From Thermodesulfobacteriota bacterium (GTDB lineage: Bacteria > Desulfobacterota > Desulfarculia > JACQYL01), in contig CAXXLZ010000003.1 in the NCBI GenBank assembly GCA_963675595.2, forward strand, positions 32,001 to 96,000: a stretch of DNA of 64,000 nt, in the 5' to 3' direction. The position numbers were made by a program, and so were the translations under genes. The notes under the pieces were generated by a model. That model did no database searches. It was given only the letters and a program-made list of their open reading frames with translations, and was not told the DNA's origin. Below are positions 1-9,771 of this stretch, one piece after another. Numbering within the stretch: position 1 is the stretch's first letter; every line of letters starts with the position of its first letter.

Positions 1-563
1 GGAAAAGTCCATAGCGATGAAATTAATAAAGTAGGGCTAATTTCTCAGGAGCCGATCCTGTCTAAGGGGAGGCTCGTAGTGGGGACTCTTCCGTGTTTCC
101 AGTTGCTTTCAGGCGTTCCGTTCGATTATCCACAACAACTCACCCCATTTCCATGTTAGAGCGTCCAACCTCCGAGCTGTGTCGGGCTGAGTGTGACACA
201 GCGCGTAAAATGATTGTCCACCCGCTTGCTTTTTGTCGGTTCAGGGATGGCGGTTCTCATCCACCTGGAAATGCCGCGCCTCAAGGGCTTCAGAATCTTT
301 TCGGCGGATCGACCGGGCTTGTCGTGCGGGAAAACAGTATGAGGTTCAATTCTTACTCATAAGAAGAAGGGGTGTTCCGCGGCCGAAATTCATTGTCGGA
401 GAGGGGGGATTTCACCGGTTTGTGCACGGGTTTCGGATCGGTCGTCGGTGCCGAATACAATGGACGGCGGTTTTCGCCATGAAGCCGGATGAAGGCGGCG
501 GCCGCATGACTTGTTAACATGGTATTCGGGCGTCTTGGAAGTCGCACCGAAGGGAGGACGTGA

Positions 564-2180
564 ATGGAGTCGGAAAGAATATTGGTGGAACAGGAGAGCG
601 AGGGGGTACTCAGGCGGGATATCGACTGGAAAGGGGCGTTCTTCGTCGCAATCGGTGTTCCGGCGCTCGTCCTATTTTCCATGGGGGGAATCTCCGCCAC
701 CGTGGGGGCTCCGGCCTGGCTGGTCTGGACGATCTCCGTGACCTTTGGGTTTATTCAGGCGTTCACTTACGCTGAAATCGCCGGCTTGTTCCCGAATAAG
801 TCGGGCGGAGCCTCGGTCTACGGGGCCACCGCCTGGATTCGATACAGCAAATTCACGGCGCCCATTTCCTTGTGGTGCAACTGGCTCGCATGGACTCCGG
901 TTCTGGCCATCGGCGCGGGCCTGGGGGCCGGATATCTATTGTCCATCTTTTTTGCTCCCGACGCGGCCATCAACACCTGGCAGATCACTCTGATCCCTCT
1001 GGACTTCTTGAAAGACGGCCTTTCCATACGGATCAACGCTACATTCATAATTGGAGCGGTGATTCTGCTCGTCGTGTTCAGCGCTCAACATCGAGGGATC
1101 CTCCGGACCGCCAAGATTCAGATCGTGCTGGCCATCGGGGCTCTCCTGCCTCTTCTGATCGTGAGCATTGTTCCCATGATCACCGGAGATGTGGTTCTGG
1201 CCAACTTCAGCCCTTTCACCCCGCTGAAACTGGACGCGGTCGGAAACGTGATTACCGGAGCCTGGGACCGGGAGGGGTGGACCCTCTTCCTGGGCGGCTT
1301 GTTCATTGCCGCTTGGTCCGCCTATGCCTTTGAAACGGCCATCTGTTACACCAGCGAATTCCGAGATCCCGGAACCGATACACCCAAAGCCATCATCTAT
1401 TCGGGCATTTTGAACATCGCCGTCTACATCATTGTTCCCGTTGCGTTTCAGGGCGTGTTGGGAACCCAGGGCATGCTCGAACCCGGAATCGGCGATGGGT
1501 CCGGAGTGGGTAAGGCCCTCGCCGGAATGGTCGGAGGCGGCGTTGTGGTACGAAACATCTTCATTGTGCTGCTGATTTTCACTCTGCTTCTGGCGGTAAT
1601 GACCTCCATGGCGGGTTCGTCCCGCACCCTCTACCAGGGTGGGGTGGACGGCTGGCTGCCCAAATATTTGGCGCATGTGAACAGACACGGCGCCCCCACC
1701 AACGGCATGTGGACGGATTTGACCTTCAACCTGATCCTGCTGCTCATGTCGGACTACCTTTTCGTGCTGGCGGTTTCCAACTGCAATTACTTGATCTTCA
1801 ATTTCCTCAACCTGAATGCCGGGTGGATTCACAGGAAGGACAATCCGGACGTGGTGCGGCCGTGGCGAGCGCCCACCTGGCTCCTCAGCGCCGGAGTGAT
1901 GCTCTCCATGGTCAACGCCTTCCTGCTGGGCGCGGGAGCCAATGTCTGGGGCAAAGGGACTTTGTTGGCCGGTTTCGTGTCCGCCGCCGCGGTGATCCCG
2001 GTGTTTATCTTCCGGCACTACGTGAAAGACAAAGGGAAGTTCCCGGATCATATGTGGATGGACCTTATTCCCGAGGGGAAAAAGGAGCTGGGTCCCACCA
2101 GAGCCGGTGCTTTGCCCTATATCACGCTACTGCTGGGATTCTGTTTCATGTTGGCGGGATATCTGATTTTCTGGACTTGA
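564..2180 (+). CDS. APC-family amino acid/amine permease
   Basis: 538-aa ORF with about 12 hydrophobic segments; AEIAGLFPNKSGG and WSAYAFETA motifs; GGAGG RBS upstream. Confidence 0.9.
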   Translation: MESERILVEQESEGVLRRDIDWKGAFFVAIGVPALVLFSMGGISATVGAPAWLVWTISVTFGFIQAFTYAEIAGLFPNKSGGASVYGATAWIRYSKFTAPISLWCNWLAWTPVLAIGAGLGAGYLLSIFFAPDAAINTWQITLIPLDFLKDGLSIRINATFIIGAVILLVVFSAQHRGILRTAKIQIVLAIGALLPLLIVSIVPMITGDVVLANFSPFTPLKLDAVGNVITGAWDREGWTLFLGGLFIAAWSAYAFETAICYTSEFRDPGTDTPKAIIYSGILNIAVYIIVPVAFQGVLGTQGMLEPGIGDGSGVGKALAGMVGGGVVVRNIFIVLLIFTLLLAVMTSMAGSSRTLYQGGVDGWLPKYLAHVNRHGAPTNGMWTDLTFNLILLLMSDYLFVLAVSNCNYLIFNFLNLNAGWIHRKDNPDVVRPWRAPTWLLSAGVMLSMVNAFLLGAGANVWGKGTLLAGFVSAAAVIPVFIFRHYVKDKGKFPDHMWMDLIPEGKKELGPTRAGALPYITLLLGFCFMLAGYLIFWT

Positions 2181-2346
2181 GAAGACTCTTCGTCCCCGGA
2201 TTGGAATCGTGGATAAAGACGATTTCTTCCGGGACGAAACCCGGATGCTTGGAGTGGAGGTATCCCGGTTGGGGAACAGGCCCGGGACGAATCCGCGCCT
2301 TGATGAACGAGGCCCGGATTCAGGCTTCCTGCGAAAGGAGATGGTA

Positions 2347-2766
2347 ATGAGCAAGATTCTTTGTGCAACTGATTCTACAGAGGCGTCGCGCAAGGCGGAG
2401 GAGGTGGCCGCTCGTCTGGCGAAAGCCTTGGAAGCCGAGCTTTGGTATGTGTATGTAAGTCCTGTGGAGCCGGAGCAAATCGGAGGCCCTTTCGACATGA
2501 CGGTTCTCGAGGAGGTGCAGGCGCGGGAACACCAGGTCTTGCGTCATGCCGAAGACCTGACTCGAAGAGATGGGACGGCATCCCAATTCGTTCTGGTCAG
2601 AAGCCACAAAGTGGTCTCAGCCATTGTTCAGGTTGCGGAGGAACACGGGGCCGATTTCATCGTAGTGGGTTCCACGGGGCGCAGCGGAATTCCCAAGTTC
2701 GTGGTAGGATCCACGGCTTCAGGTGTTCTGCACAAAGCTCATTGCACCGTGATCGTGGCTCGCTGA
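2347..2766 (+). CDS. Universal stress protein (UspA family)
   Basis: KILCATDST N-terminus; IVVGSTGRSG...VGSTA ATP-binding motif; AAAGGAG RBS before ATG 2347. Confidence 0.9.
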   Translation: MSKILCATDSTEASRKAEEVAARLAKALEAELWYVYVSPVEPEQIGGPFDMTVLEEVQAREHQVLRHAEDLTRRDGTASQFVLVRSHKVVSAIVQVAEEHGADFIVVGSTGRSGIPKFVVGSTASGVLHKAHCTVIVAR

Positions 2767-2806
2767 TTGAACGGCGACGGGTTTCGGAGGACGCTCGGAA
2801 TTGAAG

Positions 2807-2835
2807 GCCGTTGGAGCCTTAAAGGCTCCAACGGC
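2807..2835. terminator. Perfect hairpin between convergent usp and opine dehydrogenase genes (possible bidirectional terminator)
   Basis: GCCGTTGGAGCCTT-A-AAGGCTCCAACGGC inverted repeat. Confidence 0.55.
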
Positions 2836-2909
2836 ATGGGAATATTCGGAGATTGCCGAGAGGTCCCGCATGAAGCGCGCAACGGGAGGACGGCAATGAG
2901 AGGTAGTGC

Positions 2910-4016
2910 TTAGTCTTTCCAGAACTCCGGACCGTCGTTCACGAAGTCCAGCATGTCCTCGGGTGTCATTCCTTCCAGTCCCAATTTGTCCAGAGTTCTT
3001 CCTTCCGTCCAGAAATCGTGCTTCAGCGCCGAGCAAGCCAGGTTCACAATGGATCTGGTCATGGGGGTTTCCACGCCGACCTCAAGGCCTAATGCGCAAA
3101 GAGGCACCAGGCTGTTGGGCACTTCGTCCAGCACGTGGTGATAGCCCAAGACGTGTTTGGGTGCGGAAAACCCTATGTAGTAGGGGTTGTTCTGCAGGAC
3201 ATGGAAAAGGCTGTCTCCTTCAACGTCATAGCATTCCTTATACCAGGCCAGGATATCGTAAACGGGTACGCCCAGAGCTTGGGCTATGTCGCTCTTCTCC
3301 GCGTCGATCTTTGCCATGACGTTGTCGCAAACGAACTGGGTGATGATGTCGCGGTAATACCTGAGGTCTTCCCCCTTGGCCGCGCGCTCGATGAGTCCGG
3401 AGTTGAGCAGCATGGGAGCGGGATGCACCACCGCGCCGGTATTGTTGATGCTGGTTTCCAGCACATTAACGGCGGAAGCGTATTCCGGATAGATCTCGTT
3501 CATGATTTCGAGCAAACGGGCGTTCCTCGAAGCCGGCAACGCCGCCGCACGCACCCGGTTCTTGACCTTCATGATTTCCACGTGGGCCGGACCTCTGGAC
3601 TCGGTGGCATATAGGAAAGTCTGGCATTCGCCCAGGAGGATATTCTTCTTCAATTGATATCGACGGAAGGTTTGGTAGACCTCGAGAGCTCCACCCGTTC
3701 TCGCGGGGGAGAGAAGGAGGGTCTGACCCTCTTCCAAGCATCCCGTAAGGAGGGAGGCGATGTTCTTGTGGGCCAGTGCGGGAAGAATGACCATAACGAG
3801 GTCTACGCCCTGCACGGCTTCGTCCACGCTGCCGGTGATCAGGTTCAGCTTGGCGAATCCCTCGACATCACCTTCCAGCTTGATGCCTCCGGCGCTTATA
3901 ACCGGGTCGAGTTCCCTTTTATAGAAACTGAACAAGTTGACTTGGTGGCCTTTCAGGCTGATGTGACCGGCGGTGGCCAGTCCGCCGTGGCCTGCTCCGA
4001 GAACCGCTACTTTCAT
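2910..4016 (-). CDS. NAD/NADP octopine/nopaline (opine) dehydrogenase family protein
   Basis: VAVLGAGHGG Rossmann motif; NTGAVVHP and DEVPNSLVP motifs typical of the family. Confidence 0.85.
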   Translation of the reverse strand: MKVAVLGAGHGGLATAGHISLKGHQVNLFSFYKRELDPVISAGGIKLEGDVEGFAKLNLITGSVDEAVQGVDLVMVILPALAHKNIASLLTGCLEEGQTLLLSPARTGGALEVYQTFRRYQLKKNILLGECQTFLYATESRGPAHVEIMKVKNRVRAAALPASRNARLLEIMNEIYPEYASAVNVLETSINNTGAVVHPAPMLLNSGLIERAAKGEDLRYYRDIITQFVCDNVMAKIDAEKSDIAQALGVPVYDILAWYKECYDVEGDSLFHVLQNNPYYIGFSAPKHVLGYHHVLDEVPNSLVPLCALGLEVGVETPMTRSIVNLACSALKHDFWTEGRTLDKLGLEGMTPEDMLDFVNDGPEFWKD

Positions 4017-4345
4017 TTAGGTAACCTCCAAAGAATGTTTCAATTGGGATGTCATACGGATTGATCCGGGGCCTTTCCCGTCGTGGAGTCCGAGAAGACG
4101 TACCTTCGGGCGTCGAGAGCGACCTCTCTGTGTCGAGTTGGAATCAAGCCGGAGTGCAAAGGCTGAGGGCCCTTGAAAAGGCGGTGGCGCGGATAAAGCG
4201 GCACCGAGATTTCCGTGGTTGGTTGTGGGGGTCGGCGGAGTTTCCGACCGACGGGTTGTGGTGAAAAGCGGGACACGTCGGGGGTACCGTAAAGTCGGGC
4301 GGAGCGTCGTACGAGGCTCCGCCCGGTGAGACACGTTGCTTCTTA

Positions 4346-4472
4346 TCAGACTCTCAAAAAACGCGAATCTCGGCGTTGTATTTCATCCCTCGTGACTGCG
4401 CCGTAGCAGCATGTACGGGCTCATTGCTCGGGACTTGCGCGCCTTGCATATCATCGTTCTTCACCAGTTTGC
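4346..4472 (+). repeat. Dispersed intergenic repeat family A, copy 1
   Basis: Core AACGCGAATCTCGGCGTTGTATTTCATCCCTCGTGACTGCG shared with copies at ~11.84, 27.8 and 36.7 kb. Confidence 0.7.
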
Positions 4473-4596
4473 AATCATCCGGCGTTTTCAAAAATCCGAC
4501 AAGCGTCGGTGTCGCCGGTTCAGTCGTCGCGGAGTTGGTTGCCGGTTCCGATGATTCGGTACCGATGACCGACCGAAAAGGGCACGGTCAACAGGG

Positions 4597-6219
4597 TTAT
4601 TCTTTGGCAATGGTCACGGGTACGGTATTCAAATCCGCGGAAAGGCCTTCCTTATCGTAAACGCGTACACGAAGAAGACTCAGTCCGGGATTGAGGCCGC
4701 TCGTATCCTTCAGGGTAAAGGCGAAGCCTGAAACAATGCATTTGGGATACTGGTAATAGTCGGAGCCTTGAGCGGTGCAAACGTCGGGGCGGAGGAGACC
4801 CAAAGAATCGGTCGCTTCGGCCTCGGCGTCGTATTCGGTCAAAGTACCGAGCAGTTGGGCATCAAGATAGAATTCAATCTTTTCGACGCTTCCCCTCTTT
4901 TCGGGATCGAAACGATCGGCTACGGTCCATCCGAGCACCTGGAGAGGGTCACGGCCGATGACCACGACTTGGTTAGTCGCCGGAAGCTCGACGCGGCCGA
5001 TGGGGGCCTGCACTTCTCTCACATGAACGGTACGGGTGCCCAACACGGTGGAGCGCCCTTCGGAATCCTCGGCAACGGCCTTAAATACGTTATCGCCCAG
5101 CTCGAGATCGTCGCTGGAATAGGGGAAGGCCCATCCACCGTCTTCGCAGTTCGGATAGCAGATGGCCGCGCAGAGATCGGGACGTTTGGGTGCGTTTTCC
5201 AAATCGGCGTGTGCCACGGGGTCGCCGTTCAGATGGATGGTAACGTTTTCCAACGTGTCGGCGGCGAAAGACCAGCCGGTCATGACGAAATCCCGTTCCT
5301 TACTGATCTCCTGACCATTCACCGGGAGATCGATGAGGCCGAAGGGAGCGACCGGCGAGCATGGGGGACAGTCCACCTGGACCTGCAAACCGTTTCCTTC
5401 CTGCACAAGAGGATCGGGGCCGGCATAAAGGTCCGTCTCGTTGCCCAGGTTGTCCACGGCAACGGCGCGTATACGGCGTTGCGAGGCAAGGCATTCACTG
5501 GAGTAATTGACGTTCATGGTCCATCCGGAGGACTCACACACCGGATTGATATAACCCGCGTAGGAATTGCACACATCGGGGCGTGATCCACCCAAGTCCG
5601 CATCACCGATGTAGGCGTCGTCCATGAACAGCATCAGCTTTTCCAGACCGAGACCGGCCAGAGCCCAGCCATTGGTGGGACAGTCGCGACCGCAAAGGAC
5701 TCGATAGGGCCCCTCAATGTTACCGAAGGGACGGGGGATGAGGAAGTTGACGGAGCCGATGACGTTGTTTCGCCCGGCATCGTCGAAGGCCTTCACTTCC
5801 AAAAGATGCCAACCCATGTTGAAACCGGATACGTCCAAGAGGATTTCCCATCCCACGTTGTCTTCGGTTCCCGGGGTTCCGTCCGGAGGGGGACACTCGC
5901 CGCGGCAGTTCGGATAGTTGGAGCGGCAAAACGTGGTGCACACATCGTTCCGCTCAACCGTAAGCGTGACCCCCTCACAACATTTGGGCGTCTCAATCCC
6001 ATCGATGAAGAAGCGGACGCGATTCATGCACACGGTGGAAAGGGCCCAACCCGACACTCGAAAATCTTGGGGATTTACAGCGACGTATCCTTCGGGCGGC
6101 CATTCGACCGTTCCAAAGGGCTCGGTGGTTCCCGGATTCACACAGTTGGCGAAACTTGATGGGACGCCGATCAAAAGAACCAGTACGGCGACGGCAACCA
6201 CCCCAGTCAGTCTTCTCAT
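4597..6219 (-). CDS. Secreted Cys-rich protein with four Ig-like PFG/GWA/RPDVC repeats (paralog 1)
   Basis: Signal peptide MRRLTGVVAVAVLVLLIGVPSSFA; AGGAGG RBS; four repeats of ~110-135 aa. Confidence 0.85.
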   Translation of the reverse strand: MRRLTGVVAVAVLVLLIGVPSSFANCVNPGTTEPFGTVEWPPEGYVAVNPQDFRVSGWALSTVCMNRVRFFIDGIETPKCCEGVTLTVERNDVCTTFCRSNYPNCRGECPPPDGTPGTEDNVGWEILLDVSGFNMGWHLLEVKAFDDAGRNNVIGSVNFLIPRPFGNIEGPYRVLCGRDCPTNGWALAGLGLEKLMLFMDDAYIGDADLGGSRPDVCNSYAGYINPVCESSGWTMNVNYSSECLASQRRIRAVAVDNLGNETDLYAGPDPLVQEGNGLQVQVDCPPCSPVAPFGLIDLPVNGQEISKERDFVMTGWSFAADTLENVTIHLNGDPVAHADLENAPKRPDLCAAICYPNCEDGGWAFPYSSDDLELGDNVFKAVAEDSEGRSTVLGTRTVHVREVQAPIGRVELPATNQVVVIGRDPLQVLGWTVADRFDPEKRGSVEKIEFYLDAQLLGTLTEYDAEAEATDSLGLLRPDVCTAQGSDYYQYPKCIVSGFAFTLKDTSGLNPGLSLLRVRVYDKEGLSADLNTVPVTIAKE

Positions 6220-6349
6220 AAAGCCCTCCTTCAATTTGTCGGCGCCTGCATCCGTGCGGACCGGCGTTCCCGTCATCAGCGGCTTGGAAGCCGTACGCTG
6301 CGGAATTCCATGTTGCTGTTCACGATCCCTGTGCGCCTGCATGCCGCGG

Positions 6350-7963
6350 TTAGGGCTGGTATACCAGGGAAAGATCGATGACGCCGATATCGTTGGCCCA
6401 GCCGTCGCTGTCGTAGGCTCGCACCCTCAGGACCGTGGGACCGGGATCCAATCCGGCGGTGCTCTCCAGGGTGAAGTTGAATCCGGACACGTAACATTTG
6501 GGGTACTGATACGGATCGTTCTTGTCCGCGGCGCAAACGTCGGGTCGAGGGACGCCGAGGCTGTTCGTCCAGAGAATGTCGGGATTGTTGCTGTTAAGCT
6601 CCCCGACTTTGGTGTTGTCGAGGTAGAATTCGATCTTGGCCACACTTTGGTTTTTCTCGGCATCAAAGCGATCGGCCAGGACCCACCCTGAGACATGCAG
6701 CTGGTCCTTGCCGATGACCAGGGCTTGACCGGAGGGAGGATATTCCGCGAAGCCCTTGGGCTTGATGATGTTCCTTACATGGATGGTCCTGGTGTCGATG
6801 ACGGTGGTCTGGGCGTTGACGTCCATGGCCACGGCGCGGATGTTGTGAGTTCCCAGGGTCATGTCTCTGGCCGGGAGCGCAAAGGACCATCCGCTTTCGT
6901 CGCAATTGGGATAGCAAATAGCGTTGCATACGTCGGGGCGGTCGGTTCTCATGTTCTGAGCGTATCCCATGAAAACGTCGTCCACGTACACGGCGATCTT
7001 GTCGATGAGGCAGTCCGAGAGGGCCCACCCACTCAGGTTGTAGTCTCGACACCGGCAAATTTCCTGGCCGGTGACGGGAACGTCTATTTTCCCGAAAGGC
7101 GGGACCGGATCACAGGTGCAATCCACCTGAATGAGGAAGCCGTTTCCTTCGGGATCGTTGGTATCGAAAGAGGCGGGAAGGGAGGTCTGATGACCCAGGG
7201 TATCCACGGCAACGGCTCGTATCTGTCGGATGGTGTCCGCGCATTCGCTGGGGAAGTGGATGGGAATGCTCCAACCGGAGTTTTCACACGTGGGATTTAC
7301 ATAGCCTGTGTAGGAGGCGCAGACGTCGGGTCTGGATATTCCGAGGTTCGCATCCCCGATATAGGTGTCGTTCATGTACACCATGATGCGTTGGATACCG
7401 AGGCCCGCCATGGCCCAGCCGCTGATCTCGCAGGTTTCCCCGCAGCGGGCTCTGAAAGGGGCTTCGATGGCCCCGAAAGGCCTGGGAATGAGGATATTGG
7501 AGGTGGCCACGGTGGCCGATCGACCTTCCGTATCCACGGCCGCGGCGATGAGCGGGTACCAGCCGGCAGGCAGACCGCCCAGGTCCAGAACGGTGCTCCA
7601 TCCCACCACGTCGCCGGCGGATTCTCCGCCGCCGCATTGCTCCAAGCAGTCGGGATAGTTATCGGCGCAGAAATAGGTGCACACGTCGGTTCGTGTCTGA
7701 TCGGGGAACACCTGGGCAAGCAGATGTTCCGCGTCGACCTGGATCAAATAGAGACCCACGACGTCGATGCAGGCCGTGGAAAGCGCCCAACCCATCACCG
7801 GAACTTCGGCGGGGTTCACGGCAACGTACCCGTCCAGAGGCGTGTCCAGATAACCGAAAGGCTGATCGGAAGGTCCGTCAACGCACTCGTTCGCATGCAC
7901 GGAAAAACCTGCCGCGAAGATCAACATCGCGGCGAAACAAATGGATGCGGCGAATTTCCTCAT
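6350..7963 (-). CDS. Secreted Cys-rich four-repeat Ig-like protein (paralog 2)
   Basis: Signal peptide ending SVHA; collinear similarity to paralogs 1 and 3. Confidence 0.85.
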   Translation of the reverse strand: MRKFAASICFAAMLIFAAGFSVHANECVDGPSDQPFGYLDTPLDGYVAVNPAEVPVMGWALSTACIDVVGLYLIQVDAEHLLAQVFPDQTRTDVCTYFCADNYPDCLEQCGGGESAGDVVGWSTVLDLGGLPAGWYPLIAAAVDTEGRSATVATSNILIPRPFGAIEAPFRARCGETCEISGWAMAGLGIQRIMVYMNDTYIGDANLGISRPDVCASYTGYVNPTCENSGWSIPIHFPSECADTIRQIRAVAVDTLGHQTSLPASFDTNDPEGNGFLIQVDCTCDPVPPFGKIDVPVTGQEICRCRDYNLSGWALSDCLIDKIAVYVDDVFMGYAQNMRTDRPDVCNAICYPNCDESGWSFALPARDMTLGTHNIRAVAMDVNAQTTVIDTRTIHVRNIIKPKGFAEYPPSGQALVIGKDQLHVSGWVLADRFDAEKNQSVAKIEFYLDNTKVGELNSNNPDILWTNSLGVPRPDVCAADKNDPYQYPKCYVSGFNFTLESTAGLDPGPTVLRVRAYDSDGWANDIGVIDLSLVYQP

Positions 7964-8190
7964 ATGCTGTTCCTCCCGGCTTGCAGGCTACTCGGCGGCG
8001 AAAATCGTAGGTGTTGGTTGCGTCGGGTCAAACCCGAACGAGCGTGTCCGGCGATTCCCATGAACGAATTGAAGGCACCGGCTTCTTGGGCGGCATTCAA
8101 GGAGTGACTTCCTTCCTCATGTTGTGAAAGCGAGCGTTGTGGAAAGAGCGGGAAGGGCGGCGGGCGGCGGCCGCTCTTCCCGAGGGCGCA

Positions 8191-9582
8191 TCAGCGCTCG
8201 AAAACCAAACGGAAACCGATCTGATCAGACTTGTAGGGCAGAGCACTCTTGTCCCGGTTGGCACAGCGAATGCTCTTGGGACCATCTGCCCAGCTTCCGC
8301 CTCTGACAACCTTGGAGAGGCCCGTGGACGGACCCGTGGGATCGGTCACCGAGGCGGCGGTGTAGTCCCCATACCAGTCTTCGCACCACTCGGCCACGTT
8401 GCCGTGCATATCGTGGAGGCGAAAATCGTTGGCCGCTTTGGTCGCCACCGGATGCGTGGCGGAGGCGGAGTTGGCGCAGTACCAGCCCCTGGGATCGATA
8501 AAGGGGTCGTACCCGCAGGAATAGGGATCAACGATGAACGAGGTTCCGTGGTCGTGAATGGGATAGAAACCCACGCCCAACTGACCCACACTGCCGGCGC
8601 GGGCCGCATATTCCCACTCGGCTTCCGTAGGAAGGCGATAGAAACCCTGACCGCTTGCGTTCAGCTTTTCGATGAACTTGAGAACGTCAAAGAAGTCCAC
8701 CTGTTCCACGGGGCAATTGTCGCCGCAGGTGTTGAACGCGGATGGATTGGTGCCCATCACCTGTTTCCATAGTCCCTGGGTGACTTCGGTGATCTGCATG
8801 AAGAAGCCTTTGGAGATGGTGACCTCGTGCTGAATCTCCCCATCGTCGCGGCCCGGTTCTCCGTAGGGAAAATCGGGGAGTTCCGCGGGGCTTCCCATGT
8901 CGAAGGTGCCTTCGGGGATGTAGACGAAGCGTATGCCGAAGGCGTCCGTATGATAAACGGGAGTCTGGTTCGTGAGCGCGTAGGTGTCGATTCCCTGCGT
9001 GCCGGTCAGGATCGCATCGGCGGATCCGCCGTCCTCGTCAAAAGTGATGGACAGGCTGATCTGCTTGCCGAAAAGTTCGTCCGCGCTGAATTCTTCGGAC
9101 GCTGAAGAATCAACGAACACGTAGAACGTGTTGCCGTCGGGGCTCACGATGACCAGTGCGGAACCGTCGGAGTAGGTTTGGACGAAGAAGTTGTTGCTCA
9201 GGTCCGAAGGTTTCCAGATACCCGAAATGGGGTCCGTGGCGGTAAGTACCTTGGACAGAGCGTACTGTTGAGTGGAATTCCCCAAGGTCAAAACGGCGAG
9301 GGCGGTGCCGTCCGGGTCGAAGCTCATGGAAAGGGCGGCGGCTCGACCGTAATACTCGGAAGCGGAAATGCCGTCGGCCATGTTCCCGTCCACGAAAACG
9401 TAGTAGTTTTCACCGTCCGGTGTGGTGACGACCAGCGCGGAGCCGTCGGAGCAGGCCTGCACGTAGAAGCTCACGCCGCCGTCGTGGGGCTTCCACACGC
9501 CGGTTTGACCGGCGGTTGCAGCAAGTGCGGAAAGGAACACCAAGTTTACGCACAGGAAGATCATCAAAGCCCTTTTCTTCAT
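8191..9582 (-). CDS. Secreted FGE-sulfatase (SUMF1/CLec-fold) domain protein with N-terminal duplicated ~90-aa repeat
   Basis: F.MGSP, RLPTEAEWEYAARAG, DMHGNVAEW, RGGSW and GFRLV motifs; signal peptide. Confidence 0.88.
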   Translation of the reverse strand: MKKRALMIFLCVNLVFLSALAATAGQTGVWKPHDGGVSFYVQACSDGSALVVTTPDGENYYVFVDGNMADGISASEYYGRAAALSMSFDPDGTALAVLTLGNSTQQYALSKVLTATDPISGIWKPSDLSNNFFVQTYSDGSALVIVSPDGNTFYVFVDSSASEEFSADELFGKQISLSITFDEDGGSADAILTGTQGIDTYALTNQTPVYHTDAFGIRFVYIPEGTFDMGSPAELPDFPYGEPGRDDGEIQHEVTISKGFFMQITEVTQGLWKQVMGTNPSAFNTCGDNCPVEQVDFFDVLKFIEKLNASGQGFYRLPTEAEWEYAARAGSVGQLGVGFYPIHDHGTSFIVDPYSCGYDPFIDPRGWYCANSASATHPVATKAANDFRLHDMHGNVAEWCEDWYGDYTAASVTDPTGPSTGLSKVVRGGSWADGPKSIRCANRDKSALPYKSDQIGFRLVFER

Positions 9583-9771
9583 TGCCGCCTCCTTCGCCGT
9601 TTCAGTGCGTTAATCTTCCGGGTGACGCCGGGATGATCCCGCGCCCGCGCTCCGGTGTTCAAAGTCCGGCCGGCCTCGACGACACCGAAAACGCATGAGA
9701 ATGCCGATTTGTGGGAATTAACCCATCTGTTGGGCGAAGGACGAAACGCGCACCGTCGCCCGCCGTGGAAT

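Noticed and set aside
4338-4350. TTCTTATCAG as the start of a SAM-I riboswitch
   Set aside because: No downstream GAGGGA/GCAACC/GTGC core or closing GATAAG; the sequence runs into repeat family A.
8191-8330. FGE/CLec C-termini (also 40370-40501) as diversity-generating retroelement variable regions
   Set aside because: No reverse transcriptase, Avd or adenine-variant template repeat seen in the window; a remote DGR cannot be excluded.
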